Virus record (IMG/VR): IMGVR_UViG_3300006802_000103
Location: 1 to 62,674 of that record
DNA from: a virus
Taxonomy: Duplodnaviria > Caudoviricetes
Direction: 5' to 3' (one strand)
DNA length: 62,674 nt
Notes under the pieces: model-generated
The model's database searches: none
Told to the model about the DNA's origin: nothing
Seen by the model: only the letters and a program-made list of their open reading frames with translations
Part shown: one piece after another, positions 1-8,486 of the stretch
How the letters are laid out: each line of letters starts with the position of its first letter
Position numbering within the stretch: the stretch's first letter is position 1
Program-made: the position numbers and the translations under genes

Positions 1-13
1 GCGATGGAGAGGC

Positions 14-1072
14 TCATGTGTATGCCAAAAAGAGAGCTACCGCAGTGTTACTCCCGAAGCAGTGCCACATGTGGGAGTCGAAGGAAGTCGTTACATCGAT
101 TGAAATTTGTGGGGTTCCATTCACCAGGGCCGCGTTGAAGAGTTGAAACTGTATCTGTTTCGTCCCGCCTGTTGTGATAGACCCCATGACGTATGGTTCG
201 GTTATCGAGAGACGCGACTCTCGCCAGGGGTATGTGTTGGATTGTGTGTATAGGAGTAGGTCAGTCGGGTTTCCAGAGTAAGCGGCGTTATTGAGAACAA
301 TCAGTCCTCTTCCTCGGGTTCCGGCGGAGCCAGTGCCGTCAAGTGTTCCGCGCCAAGTCGGAGCATAGTAGACAAAGCCTCCGGTGAAGTTGTTATTTAT
401 CGCGAAGAACGCGCGGGATACTCTCTCCGTGGTTCCGACGCGACCACCGGAGGTATAAGCTCCGTTTCCGACGGATGTATTGAGTGTGAAGGTCGCCGCC
501 CCCGTGACAGTGACTTGAAAGTAGCCATTTGCTGCTGTATTCCCCAGTACGCCATCAAGGAAGACATAATCTCCCGTCATGAGATTGTGGTCGGCGGTTG
601 TGGTTACCTCAATTGGTGTTGCGTTCGTTGCTCCGGAAACCGCGAGCGGCTGGACAGGTTCAGGTAACCAGGGAACTCCGCAGTAGTAGACGGTGGCAAG
701 CGAGCCGGGGGCGATGTAGGTGATTCCTGTTTGAAAGAGGAAGAATCCGAATTTGTGACAGATTATGTCGTATGTGGTCGCGGCGGCGGTGTAGAACTGG
801 GTGAGCGTGTTACCCACCGTTCCCTGTGCGGTCAATGTTCCCGCGACATTTTGTGCGTTGAGGTAGGCAACCCCGCCGGAAGCGTAGATGTCTACTCGGA
901 AATCAAGTCCCTGTGAAGTCGTCGCGGAAAACATAGACCAACCGCCGGAGATCGCGGAGGAGGTCCAGCCGGAGGTTTCCAGCGTGGTCTTCATATCGGC
1001 GACGAAGTTAGCGGCGGAGGAACCGTCGATTGTGGTGCGTTGGAGTGTGCCGCCTGAGTAAACGAGTCCCAT
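14..1072 (-). CDS. Virion structural / tail-fibre-like protein with internal FCCH-like beta domain (paralogue of 1072..2142)
   Basis: Gly/Thr/Ser-rich 352 aa. Internal ATNATPIEVTTTADHNLMTGDYV...ANG...TFTL segment resembles the E1-FCCH-like domain of phage tail proteins. Similar along its length to the adjacent ORF. Confidence 0.7.
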   Translation of the reverse strand: MGLVYSGGTLQRTTIDGSSAANFVADMKTTLETSGWTSSAISGGWSMFSATTSQGLDFRVDIYASGGVAYLNAQNVAGTLTAQGTVGNTLTQFYTAAATTYDIICHKFGFFLFQTGITYIAPGSLATVYYCGVPWLPEPVQPLAVSGATNATPIEVTTTADHNLMTGDYVFLDGVLGNTAANGYFQVTVTGAATFTLNTSVGNGAYTSGGRVGTTERVSRAFFAINNNFTGGFVYYAPTWRGTLDGTGSAGTRGRGLIVLNNAAYSGNPTDLLLYTQSNTYPWRESRLSITEPYVMGSITTGGTKQIQFQLFNAALVNGTPQISIDVTTSFDSHMWHCFGSNTAVALFLAYT

Positions 1073-2142
1073 TATGTTGTCACCACGGCGAGGCAGAGGA
1101 CGCCGGAGCCGCCTTCGTTATACACGACCCAGTTGTGTGAGTCGGCTGTGAATACGGAGTCGCCAGCGGGGGCTACGGAGCCGGTTACGATTGCGGCGTT
1201 ATAGAGTTGCGCTTGCACCAGTGCGTTACCGGAGCCGGTGTTGGTTGCGCGGAGGTATGGTTCGGTGATTGTGAAGCGACCGCCGCGCCAAGGGTAAGAG
1301 GAGGCGGCGAAGAGGACGGGGTTAGTGCCGACTACTCCGTAGTTCTGTTCATTGACACAGAAGGAACTGATGGAGGAACCGCCAACTCCGGACGCGGATG
1401 AGTCGGGGAGGTAGCGCCAGCCGTTGCAGGGGAGGGTGTAGGATCCATCTTGTCCCCAGACGTAGAAGCATCTGGAGATGCGTTCGCGGTTCCCGACGAT
1501 GCCGCCGCTTGTGTACACACCGTTGCCAACGGAGGTGTCTAGTGTGAAGGCGGTATCAGAGGTCTTTGTGATCGTCCAAAGGCCGTTCGCCGCCGTATTG
1601 CCGCCTGCGTTCTGGATATAGCAGCTATCGCCAGTGAGCATTCCGTGATTTGCAGTCGTCGTGATGGCGATGGGGGTTGCATTTGTCGCGGCGGAGATTG
1701 AGAGGGGTTGCACAGGTTCCGGTAGGTAGGGGACCCCGGCAGCGAATGCGTTGGAGACTCCGTTAACGATGTCAATTGCGTTGTTGTAGCGGAATGAGCC
1801 GAGGAGGTAGAGCCATACGGAGTAGCGGTTGGCGATGAATTCGTAGGAGCGGCCCGAGGTGACGTAAACGTGCTGGAGAGCGGTTACTGCGGAGCCGTCG
1901 ATGGAAGTTCCTTGGATGGCGGGGTACCCGTTGTACGTTCCGGAGGTTTCGGTATAGACTTTCAGCTTCATCGCGAGGCCGGAGGGGGTTGTCGCGGAGG
2001 TGAGCGAGTAGCCGTTTGCGATGGCGGCGGAGGTCCAGCCTGCGGAGACCATTGCGGAGTTCACCGCGCTGACGAATCCCGCAGCGGTCGCACCAGTTAC
2101 GGTTGTTTTGACGAGTGTTCCTCCGGAGTACGCTATGGCCAT
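1072..2142 (-). CDS. Virion structural / tail-fibre-like protein with FCCH-like domain
   Basis: Paralogue of 14..1072 (YSGGTL start; VPYLPEPVQPL, ATNATPI, ERISR, YPWR motifs). Preceded by the late motif at 2149-2164. Confidence 0.7.
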   Translation of the reverse strand: MAIAYSGGTLVKTTVTGATAAGFVSAVNSAMVSAGWTSAAIANGYSLTSATTPSGLAMKLKVYTETSGTYNGYPAIQGTSIDGSAVTALQHVYVTSGRSYEFIANRYSVWLYLLGSFRYNNAIDIVNGVSNAFAAGVPYLPEPVQPLSISAATNATPIAITTTANHGMLTGDSCYIQNAGGNTAANGLWTITKTSDTAFTLDTSVGNGVYTSGGIVGNRERISRCFYVWGQDGSYTLPCNGWRYLPDSSASGVGGSSISSFCVNEQNYGVVGTNPVLFAASSYPWRGGRFTITEPYLRATNTGSGNALVQAQLYNAAIVTGSVAPAGDSVFTADSHNWVVYNEGGSGVLCLAVVTT

Positions 2143-2148
2143 TCGAAT

Positions 2149-2164
2149 CTATTGTAGCGGGAAC
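2149..2164 (-). promoter_or_regulatory. Putative late promoter GTTCCCGCTACAATAG
   Basis: 16-bp exact match to 41015-41030. TACAAT lies 8 nt before the ATG at 2142. Confidence 0.7.
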
Positions 2165-2191
2165 CCGAGGCCACGCCTCGTTTTGGCGGAC

Positions 2192-3142
2192 CTACTTCGG
2201 GGCGGAGAACTCGGCTAGCTCGTCGAGAAGTCGCGAAAGGGTAATTTCGCCAGTTCGCTGCGCTCTCATTGCTCGCTTTTCGATTGGCGCTTGGAGGTAC
2301 TTGATGAAAGAGGATTCCGGTGTGGTGTAGGTCGGTGTTGTGTCGAGGCGAGTAAGCGCGGCCTTCCTTCGTGGGTGCGCTTTTCGATACGCTCTCTCGA
2401 CGATCTGGTCAGCGCCTTCTGCGTATTGATAGAATTTTTCAAGGGCGGCAGTATCTTTATTCGGGTTGAATGTTCCGGGGAACCTTTTCTCGAAGCTTTC
2501 GGGACTTTCGATGAAGTCTCCGATGGAGACTCGCTCTTTCGTTCCCGGACGATTGATATTCCCCAGGCGCATGAAGTCGTTGGAATGTTGCATTTCGTGG
2601 GCGAGAAGACCGGGGAGGGTGGATGGATTCCCGTTGATGGGGAGGGCGACAGTGCCAGTACCTGCGTTGAAGGCTCCCTCGTTGGACGGGGTTATGAATG
2701 TCCGGCTGTGACCCTGCCCTTGAATTCCTTGTTTGTATAGTGCCGGATATTTTGCGGCGTATAGCGCCTCCGCCATATTCTGATTGGGGTGCTGCGGGCG
2801 GCGATAAGCCAGTTCATCGAGTTTGTTTTGGAAAAGTTCGGCAAGTTTTGCGATATTGCGTTTGTTGACAACAAGACCCGCGCGCTGTTCCTTTCGTGTC
2901 TCCCTCGTCTCCGGACCGGAGAAAAATTTCATAGCGGCGTCCGAAGCAAAATCGCCCAGGACCATCCCCGGTTTCGCAAAAAGCGAAGCATCCCCAACAC
3001 CGAGGGATTCACCAAGTTTCGCTTTTCGCTTCTCCTGCTCACCTTCGAGAAACGCTTCTAGTTCTTTTCTTCCGCGAACACGCTCTTGTATTTCCGCTAA
3101 AAGCGGATCTTTACGCAGTACTTGTTCGAGGAGGGAGTCCAC
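2192..3142 (-). CDS. Putative zincin metallopeptidase-domain protein, possibly virion-delivered
   Basis: LAHEMQH (HExxH) preceded by an EGAF..TVAL strand. N-terminal KLGESLGVGD motif shared with 3688..4677. GTG start 6 nt after TACAAT. Confidence 0.55.
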   Translation of the reverse strand: MDSLLEQVLRKDPLLAEIQERVRGRKELEAFLEGEQEKRKAKLGESLGVGDASLFAKPGMVLGDFASDAAMKFFSGPETRETRKEQRAGLVVNKRNIAKLAELFQNKLDELAYRRPQHPNQNMAEALYAAKYPALYKQGIQGQGHSRTFITPSNEGAFNAGTGTVALPINGNPSTLPGLLAHEMQHSNDFMRLGNINRPGTKERVSIGDFIESPESFEKRFPGTFNPNKDTAALEKFYQYAEGADQIVERAYRKAHPRRKAALTRLDTTPTYTTPESSFIKYLQAPIEKRAMRAQRTGEITLSRLLDELAEFSAPK

Positions 3143-3166
3143 ACAACTATTGTAGTGGTGGTGGAG

Positions 3167-3197
3167 AAAAAGCCCCGGTTGGTTACCGGGGCTTTTT
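3167..3197. terminator. Bidirectional intrinsic terminator
   Basis: AAAAAGCCCCGGT-TGGTT-ACCGGGGCTTTTT. Confidence 0.85.
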
Positions 3198-3214
3198 CAG
3201 TCGGGGGAGGGGGA

Positions 3215-3655
3215 TTAGTTGCCAGCGGTGATGTCGTTCTGGATCGCTCGTTTACACGCATCACATGCGAGGTACAGCAGTTTGGTCGTGGTGGCGGTTG
3301 CCCCGGCGAAGAGTTCCGAATTAGGGATGGTCAAAGCGGTGCCGCCGGAAGGGGTGGTCGTTGGGGCGCGCCGGACTACTGGGGTGAGGACGCCCGCGCC
3401 GTCATTCGTGACCATGATGGAGTAGGAGTTGGTTTCCTTGTTCGTGGTGTCGTTTTCGATGGCACGCTTACAAGCGTCAACCGCGAGGTACATGAGTTCC
3501 GTAGTCGTGGCGGTCGAGCCTTTGAAGAACTCCGAGTAGGGGATGGTCAGAGCAGTCCCGCCGGAAGGGGTCGTGGAGGGGGAACGCCGCGCGACGGGGG
3601 TGAATGTTCCGGCACCGTCGTTGGTGAGCATGATCGAGTAGGACGAGTTGGGCAT
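3215..3655 (-). CDS. Small protein made of two ~72-aa tandem repeats, possibly a virion decoration protein
   Basis: SYSIM.TNDGAG..TPV.RR.P.TTPSGGTALTIP.SE.F.G.TATTT.L.YLA.DACKRAI.ND occurs twice. AGGAG SD, own late motif and own terminator. Confidence 0.7.
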   Translation of the reverse strand: MPNSSYSIMLTNDGAGTFTPVARRSPSTTPSGGTALTIPYSEFFKGSTATTTELMYLAVDACKRAIENDTTNKETNSYSIMVTNDGAGVLTPVVRRAPTTTPSGGTALTIPNSELFAGATATTTKLLYLACDACKRAIQNDITAGN

Positions 3656-3687
3656 GAGTGCGGGTTTTCTCCTATGTCAATTGTAAC

Positions 3688-4677
3688 TTAGCGTCCGGCG
3701 GTTTTCGATTTACGGTTTGCCGCGCGCTCGTTTAGGATTTCGTTGAGGAAACGGGAGAGTTGGGAGCGTTCCTTCTGCGCGGCGGTTTCGGAGAGTCGAG
3801 GGAGGGGAATTTCGGCTTGTTGCTTGCTATAGTCCCTATTCGTCCGAACCCCGGTGATACGGTGGCCGCCGACTCTTGTCTTCTCGGGGTAAAAAGCAGC
3901 CAACCCGCGACCCAGTGCCTTTATGGATGCTGGCTCGAAGGGAGTTTGCCATATAGTCGCATAGTTATGCGTTGGTGGAATTGTCGGGAATCGAGGGAAT
4001 TCCAGACCAGCACGTTGTTCATACGGAATGCTGTAGTAGTGGTCTGCGGACTCTTGGTACTTCTTGAAACTTTCATCCCACTGCCTGCGCTCAAGCTCCA
4101 TCTTTCGCATCTCCGGGAGATTCGGACGACGGCTTACGTCGATAGTCAGCTTGTCTATCTCAGAGGCCGGGGTGTATCGTCGAGGATTTTCCTTAGTAAT
4201 CGAGACTCCCGCTTTTGGATAACCTCCGACGAGGAAGTCTAGGTTGCGTGAGTAGTTCGGGTTTCCGAAGAAGCTGCGTTCATCTGGCTCCAGGTATTTC
4301 TCCCCCAGTTTTGCTGGCCCGTACTTGTCGTAGATTCTGGGAGCAACTAAATCCCGGCGAGGAGTCGAATCGGGGGGTCGCGCCGCAACCGCACTTCTCC
4401 GCGCAACTTTGACGGCCCGAGGGACCACCCCCTGCATGTACTCCTCATTCGCGGGAACAGAGAGGAGGCGGTTTGCGGTATCTGCGAGGAAGGCAACTGT
4501 GGTTGCTGCCGGTTTTGCGAGCAGTGCTAGATCACCCACACCGAGGGATTCACCAAGTTTCGATTGCCGTATTTCTTGTTGTTCTGAAAACCAATCCCGC
4601 AACTGCTCCGACTCGCGCCGCCGCGCCTCCTCCGGACTCATCCGGAGGTACGCTTCGAGTAGTCGGGGGTCCGCCAT
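3688..4677 (-). CDS. Hypothetical protein sharing N- and C-terminal modules with 2192..3142
   Basis: KLGESLGVGD.AL.AKP motif; C-terminal LSRFLNEI vs LSRLLDEL. Start moved to MADPRLL (GACAAT 6 nt upstream). Confidence 0.65.
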   Translation of the reverse strand: MADPRLLEAYLRMSPEEARRRESEQLRDWFSEQQEIRQSKLGESLGVGDLALLAKPAATTVAFLADTANRLLSVPANEEYMQGVVPRAVKVARRSAVAARPPDSTPRRDLVAPRIYDKYGPAKLGEKYLEPDERSFFGNPNYSRNLDFLVGGYPKAGVSITKENPRRYTPASEIDKLTIDVSRRPNLPEMRKMELERRQWDESFKKYQESADHYYSIPYEQRAGLEFPRFPTIPPTHNYATIWQTPFEPASIKALGRGLAAFYPEKTRVGGHRITGVRTNRDYSKQQAEIPLPRLSETAAQKERSQLSRFLNEILNERAANRKSKTAGR

Positions 4678-4714
4678 ATCTCTATTGTCGCGCAAAGTTT
4701 GCTACACTTTCTTC

Positions 4715-4957
4715 ATGCGCCTATATCCACTCTGTCAAACATTTCTGGTCCCCGACCGTCCGTCTCTAAACCTATACGTCGAAGGTCGCTACATGGGGCA
4801 GGCGCAGATTGTAGGCCCCTACACTCTCGTCGGCCCGATACCAGATCCGGCAACGGCGTGGCGTGACGAAGATCCCTACGCCGAATCTGTTCGGCGGATT
4901 TTTAGGAAGTTACTTCCCGCGCCCTGTTCACGCTCCGCGAACACAGCCAACTCCTGA
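4715..4957 (+). CDS. Hypothetical protein (leaderless)
   Basis: ATG 6 nt after TACACT; divergent from the 4677 gene. Confidence 0.5.
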   Translation: MRLYPLCQTFLVPDRPSLNLYVEGRYMGQAQIVGPYTLVGPIPDPATAWRDEDPYAESVRRIFRKLLPAPCSRSANTANS

Positions 4958-4959
4958 AC

Positions 4960-5665
4960 GTGAGCCTCCGGCGGGCCGCGCTCGGGGTTCCGGCAAAAAG
5001 GAAAAGCACGCGGGCCACGCCCGCCCTATCCGCGCATTTCTAACTCCTTTATAATCAATAAGTTGCGCGGGACTGGCGGGGCACTAGAGAGGAATTCGCT
5101 GCATGAAATAGTGGGCACTTTTCCCTCACCCCGGCGCATATTTATATAAAACCCCCGACCAAAGAGGCGTGGCCTCCGTACTCCCAAAAAATGCCCCCGC
5201 CCTCCCCAAAATGGGTCCCATCCCCACTCTCAAAAGCCCCCTCCCCCCAAAAAGGGTCCCCTTTTTCAAAATCCGCGCGCAAAATTTTTGGAACTCGTGT
5301 CCGTCTCCCGACACCAGAAGGACGTTCCGTCCTTCTTTCCGGCCCGGTACTATATGTACTAGTACCCCCGGGGGTCGGTACCCCACCTTTGGGCGGTGGA
5401 ACCTTCTTGGTACTACCAGTACTCCTGGGTGGCTTGGGTGTACTGCGAGTACTACTGGTGCTACCTATCTTCCGATGGGATCTTAAAAGAGATTGACTTC
5501 ATCGATAGATAGGTAGGACGGGATCTTTAGATAGGCTGGGATTAAAAGTAAGTACTATTTCGACGCAATTAAGTACATAATGATGCAGAGTAGGCAGTGG
5601 TACAAAGTGCTTTGTAGTGCAAAGTAGTAGACCTGAAAGAAGCCGCCTCGAAGGGCGGCTTAACT
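4960..5665. other. Long non-coding region at the late/early switch, candidate packaging/terminus or origin region
   Basis: No credible ORF. C-runs with A-tracts (5140-5290) and dense GTAC/AGTACT palindromes (5345-5605). Confidence 0.45.
5636..5661 (-). terminator. Intrinsic terminator
   Basis: AAGCCGCC-TCGAAG-GGCGGCTT hairpin, U-rich tail on the minus strand after the 5674 ORF. Confidence 0.65.
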
Positions 5666-5673
5666 TTGGTTAA

Positions 5674-5961
5674 CTACGCGGGAATATGACACTCAAACGA
5701 GTCCAAATCACGATATCGAGGCGCTGACTCACCGCCACCTGTTGGCCACGGTGCAAGGGCAACGAATAGCTCAACAGCGGGGCCGGAAGTGGCATCGAGC
5801 AGGGCGACAGCGGGGGAGCGCAAGTCCTCCCACTGCGACGGGCGGTAGTTTCGCAAAGCGGTTCTAACGCGCGTTGCAACTTCAACTTGTTCTTCATGGG
5901 GTAGTTCGTGGAATAGCATTTGTGAATCCGCTCCTTCTACGGATAGAGTAGCGTACCACAC
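5674..5961 (-). CDS. Hypothetical protein
   Basis: 95-aa ORF followed by a terminator. Confidence 0.45.
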   Translation of the reverse strand: MWYATLSVEGADSQMLFHELPHEEQVEVATRVRTALRNYRPSQWEDLRSPAVALLDATSGPAVELFVALAPWPTGGGESAPRYRDLDSFECHIPA

Positions 5962-6013
5962 TCTCGCCTATTCTGTTTCCGCTATTTTGCTGCTATCCGT
6001 ACTTCGACAACTA

Positions 6014-6064
6014 TCGAAGTACGAAGGGCTTCGTAGTACGAAGGGTTTCGTAGTATAAGGAGGG
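6014..6064 (+). repeat. Three 17-bp imperfect tandem repeats, TCG(A/T)AGTACGAAGGG..
   Basis: tcgaagtacgaagggct / tcgtagtacgaagggtt / tcgtagtataaggaggg, plus an inverted partial copy at 5998-6007. Confidence 0.7.
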
Positions 6065-6084
6065 CTTATTCTGTGAGGGGGCGT

Positions 6085-6119
6085 AATAAAAGCCAGTAGC
6101 GGATTAGGCTACTGGCTTT
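6085..6119 (-). terminator. Intrinsic terminator
   Basis: AAAGCCAGTAGC-GGATTAG-GCTACTGGCTTT hairpin downstream of the 6146 ORF. Confidence 0.75.
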
Positions 6120-6145
6120 AGTGGGACACGGCGCGCCGTGGGATT

Positions 6146-6577
6146 TTATGCTCCGCGCGTGTAGAGGCGATTGGGCGATTGTCCCACGGGTAGCGGTTCC
6201 GATTCTCCCGCGCGGTAGATGGGGTTTGGCGTGTGCGTGCGGTATGACGGTACGCGGAGTCCTTCGTGTCGCGGGGCAATTGCTAGCACGTCTTCCGGAG
6301 TCAATCGGCCAGCTACAGCAGCGGCGTAAACTTCGCGGGATGGCCAGAGCCGCTTGTCTGCGTAGGTAAGGCCCGCGAGTTCCTCAGCGCCACTGATGAG
6401 TGACTCGGGATCGTATGCGACGCCGTAGCTATTCGGGCCACCCGTTCGACGTACGGCAAAGTTGTCCGCTTCGAACCCCGTTGGTAAGATCGGGGCTATA
6501 TCGGTAACGGCATGGCCGTCAAACGGCTGAACTGCGTCAAGCAATTCGTCGGTAAGAGTGCTTTCGGAAAAGTCCAT
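6146..6577 (-). CDS. Hypothetical protein
   Basis: 143-aa ORF with AAGGA SD and a downstream terminator. Confidence 0.65.
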   Translation of the reverse strand: MDFSESTLTDELLDAVQPFDGHAVTDIAPILPTGFEADNFAVRRTGGPNSYGVAYDPESLISGAEELAGLTYADKRLWPSREVYAAAVAGRLTPEDVLAIAPRHEGLRVPSYRTHTPNPIYRAGESEPLPVGQSPNRLYTRGA

Positions 6578-6628
6578 GATGAGAATCCTTTATCGTTAGT
6601 GGGTTTCGGGTGAGTTTACCGGAGTAAA

Positions 6629-6934
6629 CTAGATGAATTCGCTGTAGTCAAGTTTCTGGATTGAGAGTAGCACGCAAATTTGCTTGAATGCATCCTTGAG
6701 TCGCGCGGCCAATTGCAGCGCCTTTTCGCGTGGAGTTAAGCCGCCGTACACGATGGAGACCTGCAATCCCGCATCCAAGTATAGAATGCCGTCTTCACTC
6801 CATGCGCCTTGAGTCGGGACGACCGTGCCCGCGCCGAACACCTCGACGCAGTGTTCTAGAGCCAGTTTGATATCCTGCGCTTGAATGTCGCGCGTTTCGC
6901 TTACTCCAACATTGATCACAATTAAGTGTTTCAT
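6629..6934 (-). CDS. Small ferredoxin-fold protein, DUF3574 / phage SAM-lyase-like (tentative)
   Basis: Pattern FG.GT...TQGAW....Y.D.....I......LA..LK..FKQ.CVL. Leaderless start 7 nt after TAGAAT. Confidence 0.4.
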   Translation of the reverse strand: MKHLIVINVGVSETRDIQAQDIKLALEHCVEVFGAGTVVPTQGAWSEDGILYLDAGLQVSIVYGGLTPREKALQLAARLKDAFKQICVLLSIQKLDYSEFI

Positions 6935-7123
6935 GAGATCCATTCTACGGTACACCGCGAACGAATGCAAGCCTATCTTTCGATAGGTATCTTCTGATCG
7001 ATGCAAGGCGTGGCTTCTAAGGGCAAGGCGTGGCCTTGGTACTTCCGTACTACGGCAATTTTGTTACTTCTGGTACTCCACTTTTCTCTTGCAATTGGGC
7101 GGGAACAAGCGCATACTGAACCC

Positions 7124-7351
7124 ATGAAGAAACAAGAGTACACAACAAAGGCCGGGACAAAGCAGTACATGCCTGTCCTGTCCATCCGTCAGATGATGGT
7201 GCGGGATACTACTGGCTGGTGTCTCAAGTGCGGGCAAGAGGTTCCGAATGTGGAACCGGATGCGCGGAAGTATGTTCATGAGCGGTGTGGTGAGCCAAAG
7301 GTTTATGGATTGCAGGAATTGCTTTTGCTGAACCTTGTGAGGGTGAAATGA
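7124..7351 (+). CDS. Zinc-ribbon phage protein
   Basis: GWCLKCG..EPDARKY.H.RCG. Promoter TTGCAA-17-CATACT ends 6 nt before the ATG. Confidence 0.65.
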   Translation: MKKQEYTTKAGTKQYMPVLSIRQMMVRDTTGWCLKCGQEVPNVEPDARKYVHERCGEPKVYGLQELLLLNLVRVK

Positions 7352-7824
7352 TAATTATTGATACGAAAATACTCACGCGCGACGGCTTGGAGATCCTGAT
7401 ACAGCACGTCCATGACGAATACCACGGCGCGCCGTGGGACAACGAAGATGGTCATGGTCCTGTAAGCAAATGGACGAATCGCGACAAACACGCGGGCGAA
7501 CTGGTCCTCTGTAGTGATCGTGACTCGAAGCGCTACTACGACTACGCCGAAGCGGTCCGCATCGCCAAGCGCGATGGATGGGGACCCGGTAAGCCTCATG
7601 AGGCGGCACGCGCTGACTATGACCGCTTGCGGGCGTGGTGCAACGATGAATGGTATTACATTGGCATCGTGGCCACGATTGGCAACGTGGCGCGGGCGTC
7701 GTTGTGGGGGATTGAGTCGGATTCCAGCGACGATTACTTGGCGGAGGTGGCTGACGATCTAGCCAGTGAAGCGCTATATGACTTGCGGCAGGTGGCCTTA
7801 ATTGAGGTGGCAGCGTGCGAATAA
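7348..7824 (+). CDS. Conserved phage hypothetical protein
   Basis: ATGA overlap with the previous gene; W.Y.G...SLWGIES motif. Confidence 0.65.
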   Translation: MIIIDTKILTRDGLEILIQHVHDEYHGAPWDNEDGHGPVSKWTNRDKHAGELVLCSDRDSKRYYDYAEAVRIAKRDGWGPGKPHEAARADYDRLRAWCNDEWYYIGIVATIGNVARASLWGIESDSSDDYLAEVADDLASEALYDLRQVALIEVAACE

Positions 7825-8486
7825 CCTACCGAACCGCACTACGAAACATTCGCAAACTGTACGCGGAGATCCCGCAAGCCGACCGGGATGCTAGCGTAAA
7901 CTGGTATCTCCGAGCGCACAATGAGATCAAGGCGATTGGCGCGCGCTATCCCTGGTACGAAGCGCCGATTGAGGCGTACTGCCATGTAGTCGCGGCATTG
8001 TCCCCCGGTGTGAAGTGGCAGAGCAATCTTGAGGACTTCGCCAAACTACTCGAATTGATGGAGGGTGACCCAAACGGCACGCTACTGCCGTGGTTCAAAC
8101 CCCGTACCTACCCCGCGCAGAAGGATAAGGCGATTACGATATTGTCCCGCGCTCGGCATTGGGATAAGAGCGGGCATTGGTCCGAAGTCTTGAAGGGACC
8201 GAAGGAACGCGCTTTCGCGCACAATCTAGCCTACCCTGAAGCCGAACGGGAACTGACTCTCGACTTCCACGCCTACTCCATTGCGTGCAATACCAGATGG
8301 ACTTCGCAATCAGTCCCGCAATTCAAGGTTGCCGAACGCGCCGCAATTGACCGGGCATACCGCAAGGTGGCAGAAGAAAACAAGCTGAAAGCGTGTCAGT
8401 TGCAAGCAATCACTTGGGAGTGGTGGCGTAAGACTCGCCCCGCGCCAAGATTTCACAAAACGAAAGGAAAGGTTATCGAAGCATGA
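7815..8486 (+). CDS. Phage HhH-glycosylase-like (DUF7178-type) protein
   Basis: WY..AH, VAALSP..W..N, KGPK..AF..N, TLD.H, QLQAITW motifs. Confidence 0.5.
   Translation: MRITYRTALRNIRKLYAEIPQADRDASVNWYLRAHNEIKAIGARYPWYEAPIEAYCHVVAALSPGVKWQSNLEDFAKLLELMEGDPNGTLLPWFKPRTYPAQKDKAITILSRARHWDKSGHWSEVLKGPKERAFAHNLAYPEAERELTLDFHAYSIACNTRWTSQSVPQFKVAERAAIDRAYRKVAEENKLKACQLQAITWEWWRKTRPAPRFHKTKGKVIEA

Noticed and set aside
14-2142. Diversity-generating retroelement in the paralogous fibre genes
   Set aside because: No reverse transcriptase, and no TR/VR pair differing only at adenines.
5126-5496. ORFs in the C-rich region
   Set aside because: Overlapping low-complexity translations in several frames with no start signals; better explained as non-coding.
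5998-6064. Mini CRISPR array
   Set aside because: Repeats are contiguous 17-mers with no unique spacers; the Cas4-like gene is a stand-alone recombination nuclease and no other cas genes are present.
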